Shown here: positions 24,701-32,094 of the stretch, one piece after another
Layout of the letters: the number at the start of each line of letters is the position of its first letter
How positions within the stretch are numbered: the stretch's first letter is position 1
Source of the DNA: an uncultured candidatus Brocadiaceae bacterium
GTDB lineage: Bacteria; Planctomycetota; UBA1135; UBA2386
DNA length: 64,000 bases
Direction: 5' to 3'
Assembly: GCA_964418595.1 (NCBI GenBank)
Contig: CAYQMF010000002.1
Location: forward strand, 41,723-105,722
Position numbers and translations under genes: made by a program
Notes under the pieces: model-generated
What the model saw: the letters and a program-made list of their open reading frames with translations, nothing else
Told to the model about the DNA's origin: nothing
Databases searched by the model: none

Positions 24701-25657
24701 GGAGGGAGGATCGATGTCGAGCAGCGAACCCACCCGACCGTCCTGGGCGTTCCCGGTCCGGAAGTCCCGGATGACCGAGGGCAGGCCGGTGCGATCCCGG
24801 CCATTGAGTTGCGGCACGGAGTCGGCCTTGACCCCGAGGCTCTCGCCGCTGATCTGCACCGGAATGGCGACGCGGATGTTCGCCACCACGTTGGTCGCGC
24901 TGATGGGCAGGCCGGAGCTCGGGCGCACGCCGGAAGCCTCGCCGCCGATGATCGTGGGATCGACGACGATCGAGTCGCCCTGCACCACGACGCGGTACGG
25001 CAGTGCCCGGAAGGCCTGCTGTGGGCTCACGGTCGCCGGGTCGTCGACGATCTCGAGGACCTGCAAGGCGGTCGGATTCGCGGCGAAGAAGCTGCGGTCG
25101 ACCGACAGCGTGCGTGTGAACTTGAGTTTCATCGCGGCATTGCGCGGAACCACGGGAATCGGCTGAGCCGTGGTGTTCTGACCGCTGAACGCCGCCGCGA
25201 CCGGCACGAGACTGCCGGTCGCCCGGCTCAGTGCCGCGTCGAAGCGTGCCTTCTCGTCCGCGTTCTGGTCGTCCCACAGGATGACGAGTTCCTCGTGCCC
25301 GACGTTGACGTCGAAGGCGCGGAACAGGAAGTCCGCATTCGGGTTCTCTTCGCCCAGCGCGTCGAACAACGACTGGGACTCGACCCGCGGGTCGATCACG
25401 ACATCCGTCGCAACCCGCACGGGCACGCGATTGGTCACATCACGTCGCTGGCCGTTGCGTGCGTCGACGCGTCGGTACGCGTAGAGGTCGACCAGGCGCC
25501 CGAACTCGACCGACGAGAGCCGAAGTTCCGAAGAGGTCCCGCCGGGCCCATCGTTCCGGGTACGGCCATCGCAGGCCGCGACCAGCGCGGCGGCGGCAAA
25601 GCAGCCCAACAGCGTTCGCGTTGGTTTACGCATAGGATTCATCACGCGTCTTTCCAT
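21707..25657 (-). CDS. Very large secreted lipoprotein (about 1310 aa), no recognisable catalytic motif
   Basis: 1316-aa ORF. Plausible starts are at 25657, 25642 and 25633 (MRKPTRTLLGCFAAAALVAAC, signal plus lipobox). An Ig-like module is present (SVAVKFSEPLDMSTVDRSGNV). The C-terminal module FLNFRLIMEND..LRSLALVYRVRAPQ resembles that of the neighbouring paralogs. Composition is natural along the whole length. Confidence 0.85.
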   Translation of the reverse strand: MERRVMNPMRKPTRTLLGCFAAAALVAACDGRTRNDGPGGTSSELRLSSVEFGRLVDLYAYRRVDARNGQRRDVTNRVPVRVATDVVIDPRVESQSLFDALGEENPNADFLFRAFDVNVGHEELVILWDDQNADEKARFDAALSRATGSLVPVAAAFSGQNTTAQPIPVVPRNAAMKLKFTRTLSVDRSFFAANPTALQVLEIVDDPATVSPQQAFRALPYRVVVQGDSIVVDPTIIGGEASGVRPSSGLPISATNVVANIRVAIPVQISGESLGVKADSVPQLNGRDRTGLPSVIRDFRTGNAQDGRVGSLLDIDPPSIVADVPMGIQSIDVANREVTLNKRGAKVALRGRVPFVDGPLGVTEGLPLGPGEVPTVARLRSGDFLSQTVQTAAGPVRIRAEILMNMDVSNSGTLANNPNLGKAADGTDGGNADTVRVRVTHLQVVGASGAIAAFQASSLPLGADCSVRVHYYENLPYTNGSFAVSDSTRRYEFVQFEPATPRIDPQTRLPIAPGTRINPIASVAVKFSEPLDMSTVDRSGNVLIGNRYLPDAALTTMLREPKVAGLSMIATNLEDVSQDGTTLRLNLPMGHNHVASQTEQYWLHVMGDALSPRDLSGNGLDIFDRRVGTEQRQSFSIGYTLDPASPENLVGQRVIRFEATDEDGTKPGSPDFFGQFELREGRLWSAPVSRFSKIADARTLPSITRGDKGDCFDPGDAAAMPPRPPSHLIWGPLYTTPSMTQSTAPAPPPNPFQPPAVPLDYGGIGGPHNPRGVREMVTYREDDFGLGYHDADTMMIDVEQMYWAPWNNRAVLFDQFDRYTLRMGHAAKRPDLRANLTYPAGPGAPNCRVDCSSLLSGLSTTFTANPLNGVMVEVVKDKAYTVNPGDAFRSSTENTYTPYPKFTRTFTWRDQRLASWDTQLQIATGLGGAQDPTQSTFPPKDNTTSVSSPWEENVFPVVNGQTFVTASGIHVADVGDFNGDRQRDMDPIALPLLMEFNLWPDDPANGAARGVNRMHIAYVGINGHQSPYWGYFNLGKVPPPPASPVPHWARQYNLAGPALSCAGFDYPSFTVMSAGSVNSVGSQVLIDPVREPVARGTIILDAGSTDIIYGLTTVPGYNDHLYWAQADFVRRVSMVTFGFFDTQKPNQHDLDPASISVPWTGLNDRAGVPDFSGVSTRRAVDVVSVMDPPLESQPVGTSIALEVRGVETITRPGVWNRLTENRSMNRQNLLNPFYACEAFRYAMANPGASSDPRVPVEGMTPYVDLEQISTLRNPLNGLLPQFLNFRLIMENDIAANSPKRPSLRSLALVYRVRAPQ

Positions 25658-25673
25658 GAGTGTGGGTCCGGGA

Positions 25674-28600
25674 TCAGAACTGGAACGGCAACGCCAGTTC
25701 GCGGAGCGCCGGGCGTGGGGTGGATGGGGTCAGGGTGCGGGTGGTGTCGATGTTCCCCGTCGAGTTGTCTTCGGTGAACAGCATGTTGAAGACCACGTCG
25801 TACTGCACATAGCGGTAGCGACCGTCGCGGATCTGGCGCAGCAGCTCCGGGCGATCCAGGCTCAGGCCGTACTCGAAGCCGGTCGCGGGGTAACGCGTCG
25901 CCGGGTCACGCGGGTCGCGGTAGAACGCGAAGCCGATCTGGGTGTTGCCACGAGGCACACGCCGACCGTTCCGCGAGATGGTGGGCCCGAGTCCGGGCAC
26001 GCCATCGGTCTCGACCTGGAAGAACTTGGCGGCGAGCCGGATCGTGCTCACGGTCGCGGCAGGCAGTGCCCCGGCCCGCGCGTCGAGATGGATGTTGCGG
26101 TCGTCGTGACCCAGCACCCGGTACTCGGCGACCTGCGTCGTGCCGCTCAGCAGCTGCGCCATGTAGCCCGTGTAGCGCCCAGGGATCTGCCCCAGCAACG
26201 CCGACGCTTGGGCCAACGTCACGCGGAAGGACGGCCGCCCGTTGAAGGTCGCCGCGGTGTCGATCTGCGCGACCGGCGACTCGCTGCCCGCTACCGCAGG
26301 GAAAGTCGCGACGCCGTTGTCGTCGTACGCGACGTAGCCCTTGGTCGGACTCGCATCATCGGACGAGGTCCCGGCGAACAGATAGGTCGGACCGCGCATC
26401 AGGTTCGTGAACGGGTCACCACCCTGGTTGCCCCGCTCCGTGATCGCGCGCACGCCCTGGGGCACGTTCGTGGGCTCGCGGTCCACGCGGCCCATGTCGA
26501 TCAGGCGCGAGCGCACACGGGTCTTCGGGCCGTACGGCAACGGCAACAGGATCGGCGGAGGCTTGATGTCCCCCATCCCGAACCCGTTGTTCGGAACGTT
26601 GATCACCACGCCACGATCGTTGATGCGGGCACCCGCGTCATCGCGGTAGCCGCGCCAACCGAGGTAGCGCACCTTGTCGGCGACCGGCGCGGGGTTGCCC
26701 GCGTCCAGATCCCCGTTCGTGTTGTAGAAGTAGATGTTGTCGTCGAAGAACGAGCCCGTGCTGTCGGCATCGTTGGATGAAGGCGTGAGCAGTTGGACGA
26801 CGCCGTTACCGCCGAAGCCGCCGACCGGCTGGTCGCCGATGTCGTTGTGCCACGAACCCGGCGTCTCCGGCCGGTCCGCGGTCTGGTAGGCCGTCGGGTA
26901 CTTGCCGCGGATGGGCATCAACGCGTACGGGGTCCGCAGGCCGACGTTGCCGTCGGCGGTGATCGCGAAGCTGTAGGCGCCGTTGCTGCGCTGGGAGACG
27001 CTGGCACCGCCGTAGGTTTCGCCGTGCTTCACCACGTCGATGCGCGGCGCCATGATGATGACCGTGCCACCGGAGCCGGCGCCGCCACCGCCGCCCGCCG
27101 GCGAACTCGTGCTCGCGCCGGACGCACCGTTGGGCGCGCCACCGCCGCCTGCGCCACCGTTGGCGCTGATCGAACCCGCGGCGCGAATCCGCACCTTGCC
27201 AAGGCACTTGATGATCAGGATGCCGGCGCCACCGCCACCGCCACCGCCCTTGGCGTCGGTGCGCCACTGGCTGACGCTGCTGCAGTCGGTTGCACCGTCA
27301 CCGCCACCACCGCCGCCGGAACCGCCACGCGCGGCGGCCAGTTCGCCCGAGGTCCGGAAGCCAGGCACGCCGTTCGTGAACCGCAGAGAGGTGCCGACGA
27401 AGTTGTTGTTCTCGTCGGGATCGACGAAGCCGATCGGCCCCGCCGCACCGGGGATGACGCCGGGCTGGTTCGCGTTCTTGTTCTGACAGCCGACGCGACC
27501 GTCGCCGCCGCGCATGGCGACATCGGGCGGGTTGACCGCCAGGAACCGCGTGTAGAAGTCGGGGTCGCCCTTGCTGGCGTACGAGCCGCCGCCACCACCG
27601 CTGCCGATGCGACAGATGTTGCCCGTGGTGCCCTGGCAGGAGTGACGGCCGCCTTCCCCACCGCCGCCGACCGTGTTCCCCGGACCGAAGCCGGACTCGG
27701 CGACCTCTGTCCTTCCGGTCGTGTTGACGCTGCCGCGTCCGCCATTGCCACCGTTGCACTGACCCACGCCACCCGCCGCGGGCGCGTCCGCGTTGGTGGT
27801 CCGCACGACCTCGCCGTCGCCGCCGTTCACGGTCAGCGAGCCCTCGACATCGAGGTTGCCGGTGATCAACCAGACCATCGGCTTCGTGCCTTCGCCGATG
27901 ACCTGGTAGCCCGCCGGGATCGTGACGTTCTTGAACTCGAAGACGCCGCCCGCGACGTTGACGACGCGCCCGGAGCGCATCCGGACCTGGGTGTAGTCCG
28001 TGTTGAGGACCGTGCGCAGGTCGGCGGGATCGAAGTCGAGACTCGTGTCGGACCCTTCGAACGCCAGGCTGGCGCGGACATAGCCTTCGCTCACGTCCGC
28101 GAAGGGCTCGGTGAACGGGGCCGTGAAGTCGACCTCACCAGCCGCCGTGAAGCGTTCGACGAGAGCATCGAACTGGGGCTCGTGACGCGGCTGCACGCGG
28201 AACGAGCCGAACAACGTCGAGTAGGCCTGGTCGGCGACGTTGGACTCGCCCGACATGTCCTCCATCGAGTTCGTGACGATGACGCGGACGAGGGCGTTGT
28301 TCGGCAGCGAGCCGCGCGGACGCAACACCACCATCGCCCCGTCGAGCGAGTTGGACTCGAGGTCGACGTCGGCCGGGATCCACGTCTCTGCACCGCCGAC
28401 GGACGGATCGTCGTATTCCAGATAGACCCGCCCGCGCTTGGCCTTGTCGCGAAGCACCGGGTTGAGCTCGATGCCGCTCGGGACGTTCACGCGCTGCGGG
28501 TTGAGCGGCTGGTCGAAACCGAGGCGCACCTCGAGCGCCGAGTTGTTCACGAAGCTGGGGTCGACGATCAGCTCGCGCGTCACCGGATCGACCGTCGATG

Positions 28601-29177
28601 GCCGCACCTCGAAGCTGGTCCGGCGCGGGCCACCGAGCTTCGTGTTCCGGAACAGCTCCGCGGGCGAGCTGCCGTCCACCGTCGAGAAGTTGAACGAAAC
28701 AGGGACGGTGAGCGACCGGCCGGTCGTGTCGCGCAGGACCGCGCCGTTGCGCGGATCGCCACCCACCAACTGCACGAGGTAGCGCCGGCCGGGCTTGAAC
28801 CCGCCGTTCGTGAACAGATCGTCCGAGGGCAACAGCGGCACGAACTCGAGCCGGCGACCGACCTGCGCATCACCAGGAGTCCGCGTCACGCGGAAGACGC
28901 CGCGCGGTTGCTCCCCGAGGGGGCGCCCGGTCAGGTCGAAGACGGAGAACGAAATCGCGTTGAGGTCCGCGGTCGACGGCTCGACGGCGGTGCTGAAGTC
29001 GAACTGGATCGAGTCGTTCAGGAACAGCTTCGCGTTGTCAGGCGGTGTCACGCGCAGCAGCACGAAGTCGCCGCCAGTCCCGCTCAGGCCCGCCGGGGAC
29101 GAACCCCCGCCACAGCCGACCAGGGACAGGGCGAGCGCGGCCACGGCGAGAGCAATCCGGTTCGTCTTCGGGTTCAT
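25674..29177 (-). CDS. Giant secreted lipoprotein (1167 aa): Ig-like N-terminal modules, IPAG beta-solenoid segment, long poly-Gly run region, conserved C-terminal module
   Basis: ORF 25674..29444 trimmed to ATG 29177 (MNPKTNRIALAVAALALSLVGC). Motifs: VFEFKNVTIPAGYQVIGEGTKPMVWLITGNLDVEGSLTV, GGGGEGGRH, GSGGGGGSYASKG, RGGSGGGGGGDGATDC, KGGGGGGGAGILIIKC, AGGGGGAGSGGTVIIMA. It ends LRELALPFQF. Confidence 0.85.
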   Translation of the reverse strand: MNPKTNRIALAVAALALSLVGCGGGSSPAGLSGTGGDFVLLRVTPPDNAKLFLNDSIQFDFSTAVEPSTADLNAISFSVFDLTGRPLGEQPRGVFRVTRTPGDAQVGRRLEFVPLLPSDDLFTNGGFKPGRRYLVQLVGGDPRNGAVLRDTTGRSLTVPVSFNFSTVDGSSPAELFRNTKLGGPRRTSFEVRPSTVDPVTRELIVDPSFVNNSALEVRLGFDQPLNPQRVNVPSGIELNPVLRDKAKRGRVYLEYDDPSVGGAETWIPADVDLESNSLDGAMVVLRPRGSLPNNALVRVIVTNSMEDMSGESNVADQAYSTLFGSFRVQPRHEPQFDALVERFTAAGEVDFTAPFTEPFADVSEGYVRASLAFEGSDTSLDFDPADLRTVLNTDYTQVRMRSGRVVNVAGGVFEFKNVTIPAGYQVIGEGTKPMVWLITGNLDVEGSLTVNGGDGEVVRTTNADAPAAGGVGQCNGGNGGRGSVNTTGRTEVAESGFGPGNTVGGGGEGGRHSCQGTTGNICRIGSGGGGGSYASKGDPDFYTRFLAVNPPDVAMRGGDGRVGCQNKNANQPGVIPGAAGPIGFVDPDENNNFVGTSLRFTNGVPGFRTSGELAAARGGSGGGGGGDGATDCSSVSQWRTDAKGGGGGGGAGILIIKCLGKVRIRAAGSISANGGAGGGGAPNGASGASTSSPAGGGGGAGSGGTVIIMAPRIDVVKHGETYGGASVSQRSNGAYSFAITADGNVGLRTPYALMPIRGKYPTAYQTADRPETPGSWHNDIGDQPVGGFGGNGVVQLLTPSSNDADSTGSFFDDNIYFYNTNGDLDAGNPAPVADKVRYLGWRGYRDDAGARINDRGVVINVPNNGFGMGDIKPPPILLPLPYGPKTRVRSRLIDMGRVDREPTNVPQGVRAITERGNQGGDPFTNLMRGPTYLFAGTSSDDASPTKGYVAYDDNGVATFPAVAGSESPVAQIDTAATFNGRPSFRVTLAQASALLGQIPGRYTGYMAQLLSGTTQVAEYRVLGHDDRNIHLDARAGALPAATVSTIRLAAKFFQVETDGVPGLGPTISRNGRRVPRGNTQIGFAFYRDPRDPATRYPATGFEYGLSLDRPELLRQIRDGRYRYVQYDVVFNMLFTEDNSTGNIDTTRTLTPSTPRPALRELALPFQF

Positions 29178-29209
29178 CGTCGGAAAGCAGGGTCGTCGGA
29201 AAGCAGGGT
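29178..29209. repeat. Perfect 16-bp tandem duplication abutting the start codon of 25674..29177
   Basis: cgtcggaaagcagggt occurs twice (29178-29193 and 29194-29209). In mRNA sense this reads ACCCUGCUUUCCGACG ACCCUGCUUUCCGACG AUG. No Shine-Dalgarno sequence is visible. Confidence 0.9.
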
Positions 29210-29584
29210 GACGCTGGGCACGGACCCGCGCGGTCAGCTCCGCCTCGGAGCTTGGGGCACGCGTCGGCCGGGCCAAACGCCAGGGTTGGAAGTCAGCTTG
29301 GGGTCGCGAGATAGGCCCCACCGGAGGCTTCTTTCGTCGCACCAGGGGGGAGAGCTTGCTCAGAAGTCTACCGTCCTCCCGAACACGGTCATCGGCGAAG
29401 TTCGGAAGGCACGGCGTTGCGGTCGACCCGGCGGGGGCAACCACGGGTCAGGGCGCTTTCTTCAAGTCGCGTGCCGCGCCGAGACCGCACGCGACCCAGT
29501 CGTAACCGCCTTTCCTAGCTAAGGATACGGCGAGAGATGGGCAGCGGGTCGCGCACCGGACGCACTTGCCCGTGCGATCCCGCA

Positions 29585-29601
29585 CGCCGCGAAGCGCGGC
29601 G
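29585..29601 (-). terminator. Stem-loop immediately after the pyrB stop (terminator candidate; no U-tract)
   Basis: cgccgcg aag cgcggcg gives a 7-bp GC stem with a 3-nt loop, 13 nt downstream of the stop at 29614. Confidence 0.35.
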
Positions 29602-29613
29602 ACGCGCGGGTCG

Positions 29614-30972
29614 TCACCCCGGCTCCGCCGACGCCGAGCGGTACGCGGCGGTCGTCGCCTGCTCCTCCGAGACGAAGTACACCCGCGCTTCCATCTTGAC
29701 GCGCTTCGCGGCGGGCGACCCGACGGCGTGGAAGACGCGGGTCGCGCGATCCCCGAGGACGGCGGCGCGCACCTCCTTGTCGCAGAACCCGCAGGTCAGG
29801 AGCCCGGTCTGCTCGTCCAGGATGCGGAAGTCGCGCACCACGTGCGCGGCGGCCGAGCCGTTGCTGATGCAGCGTTCATTGCGGCAGCGCAAGCCACCTT
29901 CACCATCGAACGTGATCCCCGGCGCGGCGGCAAACTGCGCCGGCGGCGCGGCGTCGAGTTCGATCTTGCCCAGCAGGAAGGCGAGCAACGCCATCCGGAT
30001 CGGCACCCCGAGTTCCGCCTGGCGGAAGTAGACGGCACGGGGATCGTCGTCGAGGTCGTAGCTGATCTCGTCGAGCCGCGGCAGCGGATGCATCACGCGC
30101 ACATCCTTGAACATCGCACCCGCGAGGCTCGCCCCGGAGAGCCGCGGGTACGGGGAGTCGACCTGGGCCATCTCCCCCACTCCGTGTCGTTCGCGCTGCG
30201 CGCGAGTCATGTAGATCGCGTCGATGTGCTGCACCTGCTCGGTGGTCGGCTGCGTGAAGAGTGCCAACTGATGCGGGCGACTCGCGGTCAGGTAGGCCGC
30301 GGAGTTTGCCTTGCCGGCGATGCCCGGCAGGTCACCCATCGACGCCGCCGAGGCGTGCACGCCGAACTGCCGCCGCAGCCGGTCGAGCACGTACTGCGGC
30401 ATCTCGAAGCCGGGGTACGGGATCGTCACGATGTTGGCTCGGAAGCGTGCCAACGCGTAGGCGAACGAGTGGACGGTGCGCGAGTAGCGCAGGTCGCCGC
30501 AAAGGACCACGTCCAGTCCCTCGAGCCGTCCCTTCTCCTTCCACAGCGTGTACAGATCGCAGAGCGTCTGCGTCGGGTGCTCGTGCGACCCATCGCCGCC
30601 ATTGATCACCGGTACGCGCGCGTAGCGGGCGGCCACCCGCGCTGCGCCGTCTTCGGGGTGGCGCACGACGAGGATGTCCGCGTAGGCACCGCCGACGACG
30701 CGCACCGTGTCCGCGAGCGACTCACCCTTGGTGTGGCTGCTGGATGCGGCCTCGGCAACGGAGACGACACCGCCGCCGAGACGCAGCATCGCCGACTCGA
30801 AGCTCAGGCGCGTTCGCGTGCTGGGCTCCAGGAACAGGGTCGCCATGATCACGCCACGACAGAGCGGCGACCACGCGCTCAGGTCGGCGCCGAACTCCTC
30901 GGCGTGCCGGAACAACGCGAGGATCTCGGCGGTTGAGAGATCCTCGATGGAGACCAGACTACGCGGCGGCAT
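29614..30972 (-). CDS. pyrB: Aspartate carbamoyltransferase catalytic chain fused to a PyrI-type zinc domain plus an extra C-terminal tail
   Basis: ATCase motifs STRTRLSFE, HPTQTLCDL and HPLPRLDEI are present. Residues 341-452 extend past the normal PyrB end and contain LRCRNERCISNG..(24 aa)..LTCGFCDKEV, matching the PyrI C-terminal pattern CxNxNCI(S/T)...CxYCEKE. Confidence 0.85.
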   Translation of the reverse strand: MPPRSLVSIEDLSTAEILALFRHAEEFGADLSAWSPLCRGVIMATLFLEPSTRTRLSFESAMLRLGGGVVSVAEAASSSHTKGESLADTVRVVGGAYADILVVRHPEDGAARVAARYARVPVINGGDGSHEHPTQTLCDLYTLWKEKGRLEGLDVVLCGDLRYSRTVHSFAYALARFRANIVTIPYPGFEMPQYVLDRLRRQFGVHASAASMGDLPGIAGKANSAAYLTASRPHQLALFTQPTTEQVQHIDAIYMTRAQRERHGVGEMAQVDSPYPRLSGASLAGAMFKDVRVMHPLPRLDEISYDLDDDPRAVYFRQAELGVPIRMALLAFLLGKIELDAAPPAQFAAAPGITFDGEGGLRCRNERCISNGSAAAHVVRDFRILDEQTGLLTCGFCDKEVRAAVLGDRATRVFHAVGSPAAKRVKMEARVYFVSEEQATTAAYRSASAEPG

Positions 30973-31026
30973 TGCCGGCAGAGGATAGCGCCCACCGCGC
31001 GCGGAGCCATCGACCGGTGGATCTGC

Positions 31027-32094
31027 CTACGCCATTCGCCCCGGTAGGTCGGCCATCACCGCCCGCAGCGCCTCGACCTCGGCAAGGGTCGTCGGCGCAA
31101 CTCCACCAGCCGGCCCGGCCGCGGGAAGTGCGCGGCGCCGGCGCAGCGTGGCCCCGATGCTGGCCCGCACGGCGACGGCGCTGCGAGGATCGAGACACGC
31201 GACCCGCACGTCGGGAAGGGCGACGTCGACCGGCCAGGGCGCGGGTGGCAGGTCCGACTTGCTCCCCACCACGATGCAGCGTTCACCCTCGGCGACGAGC
31301 TGCCGCTCCACGTCGCCCACCTGCTGGGAGAGATCCGCCACGATCAGGCGCCAGGCCACGGCGCGCACGGCGCGTCCGAGTTGCATGGCACGCGCATCGA
31401 GAGCATCCAGCGGCGAGCCCTCTCCCGCCGTGTCCACGAGTTCGTACGGGTAGCCGTCGAGCATGACGACCTCCCCGATCGGATCGCGGGTCAGTCCCGG
31501 CTCCGCCCCGGTGAGGACCCGCTCCTTCAGGAGCAGGCGGTTCATCAGCGTGGACTTCCCTGCGTTCTTGCGGCCACGGATCGCGACGCGACACGGATGC
31601 AGCAGCGCCAGCGCCGGCTCACTGCGCGCCAGCGCTGCCGCCAGCGCCGCGGCATCGCGCGCGTGCGCGGTCAGCCACGACGAAAAGCCACCTGCAAGAC
31701 CCGAGAGCAGCGCCTGTTGTTCCAGCAGGAACGCCAACTGCGCTTCACCGCGTGCTGCGGCCAGCGCGGCCGCCAGGGGTGCGTGCGGAGGCGGCGCGAG
31801 GACTCCGAGTTCCACCTCGAGGCTGCGGAGCACGGCCTCGGACGCGTGCAGGTGCACCTCGATGCTCCCGACCTCGGGTCGCTCGAACGCGACGACCTGA
31901 TCGATGGCCTTCCCGTGGATCCAGATCCACCGCACCCGAGGCACGACGTCGACGTCGCTGCCAGGCCCGCGCGCGTCACCCAGGATCGAACGCGCGAGTT
32001 CCCGCTGGTCGGATCCGGTCAGCGAGAGGACGGCCACTCCACCGGCCGCCCGCGGCGTCAGGAGGCCGACGCGCCAGTCGGTTCGGCGAGCCAT
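31027..32094 (-). CDS. MnmE/TrmE-like GTPase, short form lacking the C-terminal CIGK segment
   Basis: ORF 31027..32157; ATG at 32094 (MARRTDWRVGLLTPRAAGGVAVLSLTG) resembles the MnmE N-terminus IAAIATPxGxGGIxIIRISG. G domain motifs: GRKNAGKSTLMN, GLTRD, DTAG, SKSD. No C(I/L/V)GK is found at the end. Confidence 0.6.
   Translation of the reverse strand: MARRTDWRVGLLTPRAAGGVAVLSLTGSDQRELARSILGDARGPGSDVDVVPRVRWIWIHGKAIDQVVAFERPEVGSIEVHLHASEAVLRSLEVELGVLAPPPHAPLAAALAAARGEAQLAFLLEQQALLSGLAGGFSSWLTAHARDAAALAAALARSEPALALLHPCRVAIRGRKNAGKSTLMNRLLLKERVLTGAEPGLTRDPIGEVVMLDGYPYELVDTAGEGSPLDALDARAMQLGRAVRAVAWRLIVADLSQQVGDVERQLVAEGERCIVVGSKSDLPPAPWPVDVALPDVRVACLDPRSAVAVRASIGATLRRRRALPAAGPAGGVAPTTLAEVEALRAVMADLPGRMA

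Noticed and set aside
29405-29476. Two further GGCACG-containing sigma-54-like strings upstream of the first giant lipoprotein gene: + strand GGCACGGCGTTGC at 29407-29419, and - strand CGGCACGCGACTTGAA at 29461-29476.
   Set aside because: The first has N3 instead of N4 spacing and points toward no + strand gene. The second has correct spacing but breaks the invariant -12 GC (it reads TTGA) and lies about 285 nt from the ATG. In this GC content such near-matches are expected by chance.
22868-29522. Two very long + strand ORFs (22868..25777, 969 aa; 26793..29522, 909 aa). The similar ORFs 1049..3382, 37223..39694, 39704..41743, 41831..43441, 43290..45545 and 52118..54523 were treated the same way.
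   Set aside because: All lie antisense to - strand genes that have signal peptides or strong family motifs. Their translations are dominated by R, A, G, D and runs such as RRRRR, with no motifs.
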